Shown: positions 16,946-26,528 of the stretch, piece by piece
Layout of the letters: the number at the start of each line of letters is the position of its first letter
Numbering within the stretch: the stretch's first letter is position 1
DNA from: an uncultured Candidatus Saccharibacteria bacterium
GTDB taxonomy: Bacteria > Patescibacteriota > Dojkabacteria > SC72
Direction of reading: 5' to 3'
Length of the DNA stretch: 64,000 bases
NCBI GenBank assembly: GCA_964618765.1
Contig: CAZUDZ010000003.1
Coordinates: 18,553 to 82,552 of the forward strand
Made by a program: the position numbers and the translations under genes
The notes under the pieces: generated by a model
The model's input: only the letters and a program-made list of their open reading frames with translations
Databases searched by the model: none
Told to the model about the DNA's origin: nothing

Positions 16946-19162
16946 TTACTTAATTCTAAATTGTTTTGACATATTGTCGTTCTTTTTAATAACAACAAAG
17001 ACTCTATGTAATGCTCTTGTAATTCCTACATACAACAACCTAATATCAAGTTCATTATCTTGGTAGTAGTCACTGTTTAAATCTGCAAATATTACAGTAT
17101 CAAACTCTAACCCTTTTGCATTTTCGATAGGGAGGATTAATAGGCCACTCTTGTAGTCATTCTCTTTGTAACTAATGACCGATCTATCTATGGTATCCTC
17201 ATACTCCTTAAATATACTGTAAAGAGTATCTGCATGCTCTCTGTTTCTACAAAGGAGTGCGCAAGTAACAGCTCCTTTGCTAAATTGTTCCTTCACTATA
17301 TTAACTAATTCCTCAATTTCATTGCTTCTAAGGTTCTTAATGTCAGTATCAAACTCCAATATCTTTACATCATCTCCATGTCTCAAGACAGCCTCTGGGA
17401 GTTTGTAAGTGCTAGGGAATTTATCTTTAAATATCTTGTTAGCAAATTCAACTATTTCTACAGTGGTTCTGTAACACTTCTGTAATTGGTAGTACTTAGT
17501 ATCTTTGCCCGTAATATCTTTTAATAGTTTAATCACATAATCCCAATCTCTAATGTAGAAAGGGGCTATGATGGACTGTGCTAAATCTCCTGCTATTGTA
17601 ATATTTCCCTTCTTAGCAACCTTTATTATTGTAGCAAGTTGAACAAAGCTCATATCTTGAGCTTCATCTATTACAATGTAATCCCTCTCGTACTGTTTTG
17701 TCCCATTAATTTTAAGGTGTAGATATGCCATCCCAGCTAGATCTTCCATTCTGTAGTGTCGGATACTCTTTCTTTGATTTAATCCTGCTAATGTATATTT
17801 AGAGATATCCTTGTTTACCAAATCACTCTTAAAAAGGTTTCTGTAGAGAGAATAAACATTACAATTTCTCCTGAAGTATGCAGAAATATTTCTCTTCAAT
17901 TCAATATCAGAGTCATTTGTAGAATCATAGAAACCTGTGTTGCCCTGTTTAAACTGCTTGCGTGCAAAAGCATACTCTGTTGCTAACTCTAATCGCTCAA
18001 CCATCTCGATATCTCCGAAACTTTCTTTTAATTCATAGTATCTTTTCTCAATGATATCTTTCCTGGAATATGGGATGTTTTCTAAAAGTTTCTTTTCAAA
18101 TCTTTCAAAGTACTTCTCTAAAAGAGACAGGAATTGTAATGATCCCTTGTACTCTTTGACTTCTAACTCTTCTCTTTGATTAGATATGATATATCTGTCG
18201 TCCCAACCTAATATGCTTTTTGCCCAGAAAAGGTATGTTTCTGTATCCACTTTGGATACTCCTAGATTAGGAAGAACATCGGAGACATAATCTATGAACA
18301 TTTGGTTAGGAGCAATGATTAAGGTGTTTCTCTCATTAATCTCTTGCTTATATGTGTACAAGAGATATGCTAGTCTGTGCAGTAGTATTGTAGTTTTCCC
18401 ACTCCCTGCCACTCCCTGTATTAGGACGGGTGTTCTGATGGTGTCTCTAATAATGCTGTTTTGTAATGCTTGAATTGTAGAAACGATATCCTGTAATTTC
18501 TTTCCAAGTCTCTCATCAAGTTGGGCAAGAAGGAATTCATCTGCTGCCACATTACCTGATTTCGCGTCATATATGCCTTTTATCCTGGCTCTCGAAATTT
18601 GGAATTGTCTTTTCTGTTTGAGATTCCCCTCTCTTTCTCCAACTGGTGTTTTAAAAGAGACATCTTCTGTAGGTCCACTGTTTTCATAGTAGAGGTTTGC
18701 TACTGGGGATCTCCAATCTGTAATTAATGGAATATGTGACTGCTCATCTATGAGGGCAAATTTTCCTATGTAAAGATCTAGTAGTTTGTTATCCCTAGAT
18801 TCTTTAGGTTCAAACCTTATCTTCCCAAAGTAGGGTGAATCCAGTACGATTAATTCATTGTTTATCCTTTCTAAAAGCTCTCTGATTTTTTCAAGAATTT
18901 GGTTGTAGATCTTCTTGGCATCAGCTCTTTCATCTAAGTCACTTTCTGTGTCTATGAGGGATATCTGATGTTCTAGTTCTTTTTCTAAGTTAGTAAGTCT
19001 TGGGAGAAGCTTTTTAATTAAGTCTCTTTTTAATTCAGTAATCTTCTGTAAATTAGGGTACTCTTCTTTCTCAAGCAAAGAGAGGTCTGTAAGGTCTGAA
19101 AAATCAGCAACATTATCTATATCCTTGTACAAAGGATTTAGGTACTTTTTAAACGTTTGCAT
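16946..19162 (-). CDS. helD: HelD-like SF1 helicase (RNA polymerase recycling ATPase)
   Basis: PYFGKIRF, YIGK, DWRSPVANLYY, IVSTIQ, QGVAGSGKTT, HRLAYLLY, DEAQD, KGLEFD, LYVGITRA. Confidence 0.85.
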   Translation of the reverse strand: MQTFKKYLNPLYKDIDNVADFSDLTDLSLLEKEEYPNLQKITELKRDLIKKLLPRLTNLEKELEHQISLIDTESDLDERADAKKIYNQILEKIRELLERINNELIVLDSPYFGKIRFEPKESRDNKLLDLYIGKFALIDEQSHIPLITDWRSPVANLYYENSGPTEDVSFKTPVGEREGNLKQKRQFQISRARIKGIYDAKSGNVAADEFLLAQLDERLGKKLQDIVSTIQALQNSIIRDTIRTPVLIQGVAGSGKTTILLHRLAYLLYTYKQEINERNTLIIAPNQMFIDYVSDVLPNLGVSKVDTETYLFWAKSILGWDDRYIISNQREELEVKEYKGSLQFLSLLEKYFERFEKKLLENIPYSRKDIIEKRYYELKESFGDIEMVERLELATEYAFARKQFKQGNTGFYDSTNDSDIELKRNISAYFRRNCNVYSLYRNLFKSDLVNKDISKYTLAGLNQRKSIRHYRMEDLAGMAYLHLKINGTKQYERDYIVIDEAQDMSFVQLATIIKVAKKGNITIAGDLAQSIIAPFYIRDWDYVIKLLKDITGKDTKYYQLQKCYRTTVEIVEFANKIFKDKFPSTYKLPEAVLRHGDDVKILEFDTDIKNLRSNEIEELVNIVKEQFSKGAVTCALLCRNREHADTLYSIFKEYEDTIDRSVISYKENDYKSGLLILPIENAKGLEFDTVIFADLNSDYYQDNELDIRLLYVGITRALHRVFVVIKKNDNMSKQFRIK

Positions 19163-19271
19163 GATTAGTTGTGAGGCTTTGAAGTTACAAGTAGCGAGTA
19201 TATATTAAAAAGGGCAAAAACTCAAGGGTAAGAGCTTTAAGAGAGAGTTTTAAAATGGTATATTATGGTAT

Positions 19272-19823
19272 ATGAGTAATCAATTGAAGTTGTTGTTTTA
19301 TATTATCTTTGTAGGAGGAGCCCTTTTCTACTTTCAAGATCGATTTGATTTTTTAGATATTTCTCTTGTAGAAAACAAACAGAAAAAGGAAGAGGTTGTT
19401 AAGAAGGAGAAAAAAGAGAAGCAGAGTGATGAAGAAAATTTCGTACTAATATCCACCGGGGATCAAGAAAGTATCCGAGTAGATGTCGAAATTGCAGATA
19501 CTCCCGTATTAAGAGGTCTAGGTTTGTCAAATCGAAAGTATTTAGGCGATTACAACGGTATGTTATTTATATTCGAAGAGAAAGGAAATAGTCCTTTCTG
19601 GATGAAGGATACTTTTATTAACTTGGATATAATGTTTATAGATGAAGATCGCTTCATTGTTGACATCAAAGAGAATAATGAGCCGTGTACAGAGGAGTAT
19701 TGCCCTCAGATTCTATCTACACAGCAGTATAAGTATGTTTTAGAAGTTAAAGGTGGATTTTCTCAAATTAATGGGGTTAAAGAGGGTCAAAGTCTCACCT
19801 TTCATTTGGCATCTTCCAATTAA
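19272..19823 (+). CDS. DUF192-family membrane-anchored protein
   Basis: VEIADT...GLSNR...GMLFIF...FWMKDTFINLD...YVLEVKGG. Confidence 0.9.
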   Translation: MSNQLKLLFYIIFVGGALFYFQDRFDFLDISLVENKQKKEEVVKKEKKEKQSDEENFVLISTGDQESIRVDVEIADTPVLRGLGLSNRKYLGDYNGMLFIFEEKGNSPFWMKDTFINLDIMFIDEDRFIVDIKENNEPCTEEYCPQILSTQQYKYVLEVKGGFSQINGVKEGQSLTFHLASSN

Positions 19824-19864
19824 GGTGATATAGTTTTTGGGTAATTTATTTTAGTCTTTAAGAT

Positions 19865-20512
19865 ATGATTAATTCTCTAGTAGATTGGTTAGTCCAAGCA
19901 ATAGATTCTCTCGGATATATAGGGGTTTGCCTAGCTGTATTTTTAGAGAGTTTCATAGCAGTTATTCCTAGTCAAATAATACTTCCTTTCTCAGGCTTTG
20001 TCGCATCTCAAGGCTCTTTAAATATTGTTGTTGTAATACTAGTTGTAGCTCTAGGAGCATATTTGGGCACTCTTCCTTTCTATTTCATAGGATTATGGGG
20101 AGATGATTTTGTTAGAAATTTCCTTAAGAAGTATGGTAAGTATCTTTTCATATCAGAGGACGATTTAGAGAAAGGGTATACTGCTTTTGAGAAGTACGGC
20201 TATGGAATCGTCTTTTTCGGGAGATTAATACCCATTGTTAGATCCGTTATATCTTTCCCAGCAGGAGCAGCAGGAATGAAGTTTGGAATATTCTCAATAT
20301 TTACTTATACAGGGAGCTTAATATTTGCTACAATTCTCTGTTTAGCGGGGTACTTTATGGGTGAGAAATGGCATATTGTAGCTATATATACGGATGAGTA
20401 TGAAAGAATTGTTATCGGAATTCTATTGATTATCTTCCTTCTTTATATCGGCAGGGGAATCAAAAAGCTGTCTGAGAAGAATAAGCAGAAGGGTACAGAG
20501 AAAGATATTTAA
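19865..20512 (+). CDS. DedA-family membrane protein
   Basis: LESFIAVIPSQIILPFSG, FEKYG, GRLIPIVRSVISFPAG. Confidence 0.93.
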   Translation: MINSLVDWLVQAIDSLGYIGVCLAVFLESFIAVIPSQIILPFSGFVASQGSLNIVVVILVVALGAYLGTLPFYFIGLWGDDFVRNFLKKYGKYLFISEDDLEKGYTAFEKYGYGIVFFGRLIPIVRSVISFPAGAAGMKFGIFSIFTYTGSLIFATILCLAGYFMGEKWHIVAIYTDEYERIVIGILLIIFLLYIGRGIKKLSEKNKQKGTEKDI

Positions 20513-22038
20513 AGAGATTGTATGAGAGATTTCCCATTCATTTCACTGGGTTGGGCTATTCCCATGACTTGCAACATAGTTGGTGCTACATCCTTTAGAG
20601 AGCCGTAAGGAAGGGATCTAGCAGAAATATCTGTGCCCATAATTATCAATGGAACTGGATTAAGAGAGTGTTCTGTATACGCTTCCCCTGTTTCCAAGTT
20701 AATCATTTCCTCAGCGTTTCCATGATCAGCAGTTATTACTACTGCTCCTCCTAAGCTAGTAAAGGTACGAACCAACTCCTTCACACAGTAATCTACAGTT
20801 TGAACTGCTTTCACCCCTGCTTCTAAATTACCTGTGTGTCCTACCATATCAGTATTTGCAAAGTTAACTAGTATGAAATCATACATTTTTGCTTTTATTC
20901 TACTCTCTAGCACATTGGTAATTTCAAAAGCACTCATCTCTGGTTTCATATCATATGTTGGGACTTTAGGTGAAGGGACAACAATTCTGTCTTCTTTAGA
21001 GTAGGGAGCAGGAAAACCTCCATTAAAAAAATATGTAACATGTGGGAACTTCTCTGTTTCTGATATGCGTAGCTGTCTTAAACCTAAAGAATCTATTATT
21101 TTCCCAAAAGGTAAGGATGTATACTGTTTTGGAAATATTGTATGTTTGGGGAAGTTTTTCCTGTACTCAGTCATACTTGCTAGGAAGAGATTAGGTATGG
21201 GCTCCCTAGTAAATCCTACAAATTCTTCTGCTATCAGGGCTTCTGTCAATTGCAGGGCACGATCAGGACGGAAGTTTACCATTATGACAACATCATTAGG
21301 TTGAATAGTAGCAGGATTAATTACTGTTGGTTCTAAAAACTCATCTGTAAGGTTTCTCTGGTAGTATGTTTCAATAGCTTTCTGGTATGTAGGAAATCTT
21401 TCACCCATATTTTTTTCAAGAAGGTAGTATGCTTTTTGAGTCCTGTCCCATTTCTTATTCCTATCCATAGCGTAGTATCTGCCTATAATGGTAGCTATCT
21501 TCCCAAGCCCTTGATCTAAGCAGAATTTATCCATCTCTATTAAAGAATTCAGAGAAGAGTGAGGAGAGCTATCTCTGCCATCTGTTATTGCGTGTATTAG
21601 TAACTCATTTGGAAAATTCATTTTAGAGAAATAGCTAACTATCGCTTTGAAATGGTCAACATGAGAGTGCACGCTTCCGTTACTAAGTAGACCTACTAAA
21701 TGGACATTACTATTATATTTTAGCGCATGAGTATATGCTTCTTTAAGGGTATTGTTTTTGTAAATCAAACCACTTTCTATTGCTTTGTTAATTCTCGGAA
21801 GATTTTGTAAAACTGTAGTACCAGCTCCTAGATTTAAATGACCTACCTCACTATTGCCCTTAACATTTTTGGGAAGGCCTACGGCTTGTCCCGATGCTAA
21901 AAGATATGTATGGGGAAATGTACTCCACATACTTGAAAGGTTTTTAGGATTTGCTAATACAACAGCATTCCCCTCATTTTCTGGGGCAGCTCCGAGACCA
22001 TCTAGTATTATTAACAGAACTCTTTGTTTTACATTCAT
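20509..22038 (-). CDS. gpmI: 2,3-bisphosphoglycerate-independent phosphoglycerate mutase
   Basis: LIILDG, GNSEVGHLN, GRYYAMDR, ETEKFPHVTYFFNGG, DMVGHTG, TADHGNAE; start refined to 22038. Confidence 0.97.
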   Translation of the reverse strand: MNVKQRVLLIILDGLGAAPENEGNAVVLANPKNLSSMWSTFPHTYLLASGQAVGLPKNVKGNSEVGHLNLGAGTTVLQNLPRINKAIESGLIYKNNTLKEAYTHALKYNSNVHLVGLLSNGSVHSHVDHFKAIVSYFSKMNFPNELLIHAITDGRDSSPHSSLNSLIEMDKFCLDQGLGKIATIIGRYYAMDRNKKWDRTQKAYYLLEKNMGERFPTYQKAIETYYQRNLTDEFLEPTVINPATIQPNDVVIMVNFRPDRALQLTEALIAEEFVGFTREPIPNLFLASMTEYRKNFPKHTIFPKQYTSLPFGKIIDSLGLRQLRISETEKFPHVTYFFNGGFPAPYSKEDRIVVPSPKVPTYDMKPEMSAFEITNVLESRIKAKMYDFILVNFANTDMVGHTGNLEAGVKAVQTVDYCVKELVRTFTSLGGAVVITADHGNAEEMINLETGEAYTEHSLNPVPLIIMGTDISARSLPYGSLKDVAPTMLQVMGIAQPSEMNGKSLIQSL

Positions 22039-22127
22039 AGGCAGTTCCTTTGTACATTGTGGCATATTTTCCAATTTTATTCTATAATCACAACTGCAAA
22101 CAAAGTAATATTTAAAAGAAAATAGTT

Positions 22128-22640
22128 ATGGATACTAATGTGATCACGAAAATAGAAGAGGCTTTTTACAAAAAAAGACCAGATGTTAGAGTGGGAGATA
22201 CCGTTAAATTACATCTTAAGGTTAAAGAAGGAGAGAAAGAGAGAATACAGATCTTTGAGGGAGTAATAATTGCAATTAAGGGCTCTGGTTTAAGTAAAAA
22301 CCTTGTAGTAAGGAAAATCTCTTACGGAGTTGGAGTAGAGAAAATAGTTCCTCTACATGCTCCAGTCTTAGAGAAGATAGAGGTGATTAAAAGAGGAACT
22401 GTTAGAAGGTCAAAACTTTACTATCTCAGAGGTAGAGTAGGAAAAAGAGCTCTCAAAACAGGAGAAACCAGTAATGTATATTTAACGGATGAGCTAGAAG
22501 TACCCGTTACAGGTGAGCCAGAAGTATCAGCAACTGAGGATTTGCAAGAAGATGAAGTAGTAGAAGGAGTAGTAGAAAAAGACACAGAAACACCAATAGA
22601 GGAGGAGATACAAGAGAAAAGCGCAGAAGAAAAGAAGTAG
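22128..22640 (+). CDS. rplS: 50S ribosomal protein L19 with acidic C-terminal extension
   Basis: [39 protein letters not shown]. Confidence 0.97.
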   Translation: MDTNVITKIEEAFYKKRPDVRVGDTVKLHLKVKEGEKERIQIFEGVIIAIKGSGLSKNLVVRKISYGVGVEKIVPLHAPVLEKIEVIKRGTVRRSKLYYLRGRVGKRALKTGETSNVYLTDELEVPVTGEPEVSATEDLQEDEVVEGVVEKDTETPIEEEIQEKSAEEKK

Positions 22641-22657
22641 CATATTTAAAAATAGAT

Positions 22658-22734
22658 GCAGGAGTAGTTCAATTGGTTAGAATATCTGTTTTCCAAACAG
22701 AGGGTTGCGGGTTCGAGTCCCGTCTCCTGCTCCA
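22658..22734 (+). tRNA. tRNA-Gly(TCC)
   Basis: Acceptor GCAGGAG/CTCCTGC, anticodon arm TCTGT-TTTCCAA-ACAGA; CCA encoded. Confidence 0.96.
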
Positions 22735-22742
22735 TCTACTAA

Positions 22743-22751
22743 TTATCCACA
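22743..22751 (+). promoter_or_regulatory. Consensus DnaA box TTATCCACA
   Basis: Perfect 9-mer, 8 nt upstream of the TATAAT at 22760-22765. Confidence 0.45.
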
Positions 22752-22771
22752 TTTTGTAATATAATCAGCAT

Positions 22772-23338
22772 ATGAAGAATGTTGATGTACCGTTATGGGA
22801 CAAGGGTGATGATACAGATGATTTCTCGAAAGGAGGTGCTTCTAATACCCCTTCTTTTAACACGAGCTCTACTTTTAGTAAGAAATCTGGGTTAATAGAG
22901 AAGATCTACAAGCAGATATTAGGGAGAAAGCCTTCTTCCAGAGAGATGGCATATTACAAGTACAGCTCTTCTGAGAAAGAGGAAATTATGGAAAGACTAC
23001 TTAAAAGCGATGAGCATAAAGAAATATTAGATAAATCGCAAAAATACCCAGAGTTAAAAGAGAAGAACAAGGAATTAGAATCTACGATTTTAAAGCTTAA
23101 GTCTCGATCAAAAGACAGGGTAGTTGAGTACACGGAACTAAAAAGATTGTTAGAAGAGAAAAATCAAGCAATACAGGAATTAAGGCAAGAGAAAAACTTC
23201 CCATACTTAACAGAAGAGAAGATATTAAATCAAACTAATGTGCATTACAATGCATCAAGGGTAGGGCATAAGTATGAGCAGAAGGATGAAAAGTTTTGGG
23301 ACAGATTAAGCTACTTGTTATTTGGCAATAGGAATTAA
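22772..23338 (+). CDS. Hypothetical protein: DUF4214-like helical module, coiled coil, amphipathic C-terminus
   Basis: IYKQILGRKP...YY...LLKSDE; heptad-rich middle; KFWDRLSYLLFG end. Confidence 0.7.
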   Translation: MKNVDVPLWDKGDDTDDFSKGGASNTPSFNTSSTFSKKSGLIEKIYKQILGRKPSSREMAYYKYSSSEKEEIMERLLKSDEHKEILDKSQKYPELKEKNKELESTILKLKSRSKDRVVEYTELKRLLEEKNQAIQELRQEKNFPYLTEEKILNQTNVHYNASRVGHKYEQKDEKFWDRLSYLLFGNRN

Positions 23339-23340
23339 AA

Positions 23341-23544
23341 ATGAACACCAAAATATTTGCAGAAAGATTAAGAAAAGCAAGAGAGGAGAAGGGATATTCA
23401 CAGAAAACTCTTGGGATTAGGGTTGGGCTATCGGACAAGTCAATTAGTATCTATGAAAAAGGTAGCATGTATCCCCCAGTTACAAATCTCCTTAAGATAG
23501 CAAAGGAGTTAGAAAAAGATATTTCGTATTTTCTACAGGATTAA
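23341..23544 (+). CDS. XRE-family HTH transcriptional regulator
   Basis: RLRKAREEKGYSQKTLG...SISIYEKG...P...LLKIAKEL. Confidence 0.92.
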   Translation: MNTKIFAERLRKAREEKGYSQKTLGIRVGLSDKSISIYEKGSMYPPVTNLLKIAKELEKDISYFLQD

Positions 23545-24176
23545 GTAGGAGGAGTTAGCCACTGTTTAGCTTTCTGGGTGTACTTGGTTACTATGAGAGC
23601 AGCTCCTACAACTATCCCCAAAGATATCAGTGTTATTAAAATAATCTTTATTGTGTTTAATGCTTTGTATTGGGAGCTTACAGGCTGTAGTACAAGAGCC
23701 TTATTAAACTCAACATTGTCACTTATGGAATTGGTGTAGTTAGTGTCATGCTGCCATGATATTACTGTAATGGAGAAATCATAGGTACCAGCTCTTAGGG
23801 GTGTTATTTTTCCTTCAAAGACATAGGTTTGACCACTTTTTAAGGCATTAAACTCTTTATGTTTCCTTTTTACCTTTATTGTTGTAGGCACATTCCAAAG
23901 AATTTGTGTTTTTGGAGAGTCTATATGTGGAGTTACAGTTAAAATGTATGGGACATGTTGTCCAAAGGGTGATTGAGGCTTTCTTTCTATTGTAAGATCA
24001 AAGTATCGATTAGTTCCTGATTTGCTGTTTTCATCTATAACGGTTTCTGAAACTTCTTCCTGTTCTTCCTCATACATCACTTGAGGATCTTCCTGTGCTA
24101 GTAGCAGGGGAGAAGAAAATAGGGGTAGGAAGAGTAGGGTGAGAGAGATTGTTAAAATCAGATTTTTTGTTTTCAT
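23541..24176 (-). CDS. Exported beta-rich (Ig-like) protein with C-terminal TM
   Basis: Signal peptide, PLRAGTYDFSITV strand pattern, C-terminal TM. Confidence 0.7.
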   Translation of the reverse strand: MKTKNLILTISLTLLFLPLFSSPLLLAQEDPQVMYEEEQEEVSETVIDENSKSGTNRYFDLTIERKPQSPFGQHVPYILTVTPHIDSPKTQILWNVPTTIKVKRKHKEFNALKSGQTYVFEGKITPLRAGTYDFSITVISWQHDTNYTNSISDNVEFNKALVLQPVSSQYKALNTIKIILITLISLGIVVGAALIVTKYTQKAKQWLTPPT

Positions 24177-24589
24177 TGTAATATCTTTATTATACTATTT
24201 TTATATATTCTAAAGGACTTTAGAGATTCTTCTTTAGAAACTGCATAATCGTTATGTACAACATTATTTCTCAGTTTATGGACATCCCAAAGCGCGTTAT
24301 ACTCTCTTTTTCGGAATAGTTTATCTGCCAGCTTTAGATTTTCCCCACAAGAGAGATCATTGTTAAAGTACAGCTGTAAAGATTTAGATAGCAAGTTATC
24401 TAACTTAATGATTGCATCTCTTCTTATTGCTATCTCATCATTGTTTGTTGCTTTCTCTAGAGAGAAAAGTTCCTTTATTAATCTTTCTGATTTCTTTCGG
24501 TCAACTCTTTTTGAGCTAATAGAGACTATTACAAACAAAACAATTATTAGTGATAGTATTATTAATGGTAGCAATAATGAGTTATTCAT
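24173..24589 (-). CDS. Membrane-anchored small helical protein with HEPN-like RNxxxH motif
   Basis: N-terminal TM, AIIKLDNLL...GENLK...LWDVHKLRNNVVH. Confidence 0.75.
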   Translation of the reverse strand: MNNSLLLPLIILSLIIVLFVIVSISSKRVDRKKSERLIKELFSLEKATNNDEIAIRRDAIIKLDNLLSKSLQLYFNNDLSCGENLKLADKLFRKREYNALWDVHKLRNNVVHNDYAVSKEESLKSFRIYKNSIIKILQ

Positions 24590-26528
24590 TCCTCTTCTTT
24601 AATCTCTTTTTAAATGTTAGTACTAAAAAGTATATCAGAAAAAGCATTACACAGAAAATTAGGATAGAAATTATCTTAGAAATGACAGAGATGTATAGTG
24701 GGACATTTTCCTCTACTTGGGTTTCTAAAGTTTCTTCTTTATTATATCTATCCAGATTCTTTAGCTGTATATTTACAAAAATATTACTAGAAGAAATCCT
24801 TGTATATGGAATATTAAATTGTATAGAGCTATTCTGTTTGGGTAGAATTATCTGAGATTGTAGATTGTTTACTGGATCTGCATACCGTTGAATATTCTCT
24901 ATGTTCGATTTGATAATTTCGTAACTATTTATAGCGATATTACCTGTATTTAGAATTTGTATATACCCTTTTACATACGGATGAGTTATTTTGTACTCCT
25001 CTACTGTAAATTTTGAATCCATATTGAATGTAGGAGAGATATCTTTCTCTGTTTCTGATTTAACTACAAAGTCTGTTTCTTGGAAAAAAGACATCTTGGG
25101 AGCAACAGCTGACTTTCCTCTTCTTACAACAGCAAGATGATCTAGGAAAGCGCTACCAAAGAGATTCTTACTGAAATATTCATCTAAGAAAGGATCAGCA
25201 GTTTGCCACTTCTTCGCATTCATATCTAGATACTCTACCCAGTGATGATAGAATCCGTCAGAAGTATATCCACTTATGTTAGAGATATATCCTACAACTA
25301 ATCTTGATGGAACATTGTATCTTCTAAGTAAAGCAATATGGAAGTCTACATAATCTAAAGAACTGGCATTGTTAGGTGTGTCTACAAGAGTATTTGCTCC
25401 TAATCTTGGTTGGTTCGTTATACCTAAGGTCACATCCTCTGGATAATTTAATCTTTCTAAGACATATTCATATATATACTTGTAGAATAGTTCTTGTTGA
25501 GTACTTTCTAATTTCTCTATATCATCAAAATCATTCTCAATTTTAAGACCTCTTTTTTGTAAAAAAGTATTAACTCTTTTGAATTCAGCATTATCGTTAA
25601 TTGACCAGTAGCCAGTTTTATGAACTAAAAAATTCTTTACTGCGTCTTTATATTCCAGGGATTCTATCTTTTGGATATACCCAGATATTTTACAATTAAG
25701 AGTCTCATCTGGAGGTACAATGTATTTAAATAGATAGTTTCCGTCTTCATCTTTTAAAGTTGAATCAGGCAGGGGATCTATTTCTTCCCAAATTACTATC
25801 TGAGTAGAGGTATCTGAGGGGACATATATTTCAAAGGTTTGATTTTGGTCATCTAGGCTGTTTGAAAAAACTTTGTTAATATCAAATTTGTAAAGCAACT
25901 GTTGTCCAAAAAGCAAAGAGATGTTCGTATGTGTCGGGTTATTTATGGAGATCTCATAGTTTGGTCCTACAGTTTTTATGTTTTGTATAGGGTCGGAAGA
26001 CCATAATGGTTCTCCCTTCTCTTTAGGATATCTTATTAGTACTGAAGTAGTTTTAATTTCATGAATTTCTGAGAGAATATTGTATGAGGTTTTCTCAAGG
26101 GTTTCTGTAGAATATGTTAAAGAGATGCTTATAGGGGTATCTGGTTGTACTACAGAATTATTTAGGTTAATTAGAATTTCTGTAGATGAGCCTCTGTTAA
26201 ATGTTGTACACTCTATCTCTTTCTTTGAACTTAGGTTTTTACACTCTACTCTTACTCTCTCAAGTGGGATGATGGCGGTATAGTAGGATATAACTCGGGG
26301 AGTATCACTTTTAATCTGCATAACAGCCTCTGTGATTATCCTCTCTTTTTCAAGAGTATGTTCAAACCTAGTTGTAATATCAAAGTTTTCTGCAGCAGCT
26401 ATGTTTTTTCCAAATGGAAAGTGAAGAAGGAGTAAGCAAGGGAGAAAAGAAGTTAAGAAAAAGGAAGAAAGCTTACGCAGTTGGGATTTGTACGGAATTT
26501 TCTTTAAATAACCAATCGAATCTTTCAT
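24582..26528 (-). CDS. Membrane-anchored transglutaminase-like protein (catalytic Cys replaced by Ser)
   Basis: ASSLDYVDFHIALLRRYNVPSRLVVGY, HHWVEY, WQTADP; C-terminal TM; start uncertain. Confidence 0.85.
   Translation of the reverse strand: MKDSIGYLKKIPYKSQLRKLSSFFLTSFLPCLLLLHFPFGKNIAAAENFDITTRFEHTLEKERIITEAVMQIKSDTPRVISYYTAIIPLERVRVECKNLSSKKEIECTTFNRGSSTEILINLNNSVVQPDTPISISLTYSTETLEKTSYNILSEIHEIKTTSVLIRYPKEKGEPLWSSDPIQNIKTVGPNYEISINNPTHTNISLLFGQQLLYKFDINKVFSNSLDDQNQTFEIYVPSDTSTQIVIWEEIDPLPDSTLKDEDGNYLFKYIVPPDETLNCKISGYIQKIESLEYKDAVKNFLVHKTGYWSINDNAEFKRVNTFLQKRGLKIENDFDDIEKLESTQQELFYKYIYEYVLERLNYPEDVTLGITNQPRLGANTLVDTPNNASSLDYVDFHIALLRRYNVPSRLVVGYISNISGYTSDGFYHHWVEYLDMNAKKWQTADPFLDEYFSKNLFGSAFLDHLAVVRRGKSAVAPKMSFFQETDFVVKSETEKDISPTFNMDSKFTVEEYKITHPYVKGYIQILNTGNIAINSYEIIKSNIENIQRYADPVNNLQSQIILPKQNSSIQFNIPYTRISSSNIFVNIQLKNLDRYNKEETLETQVEENVPLYISVISKIISILIFCVMLFLIYFLVLTFKKRLKKRNE

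Noticed and set aside
22658-22734. tRNA-Gly as a non-proteinogenic Fem-dedicated tRNA
   Set aside because: D-loop GG, T-loop TTCGA and T-stem are canonical; its only peculiarity is being the one tRNA here with encoded CCA
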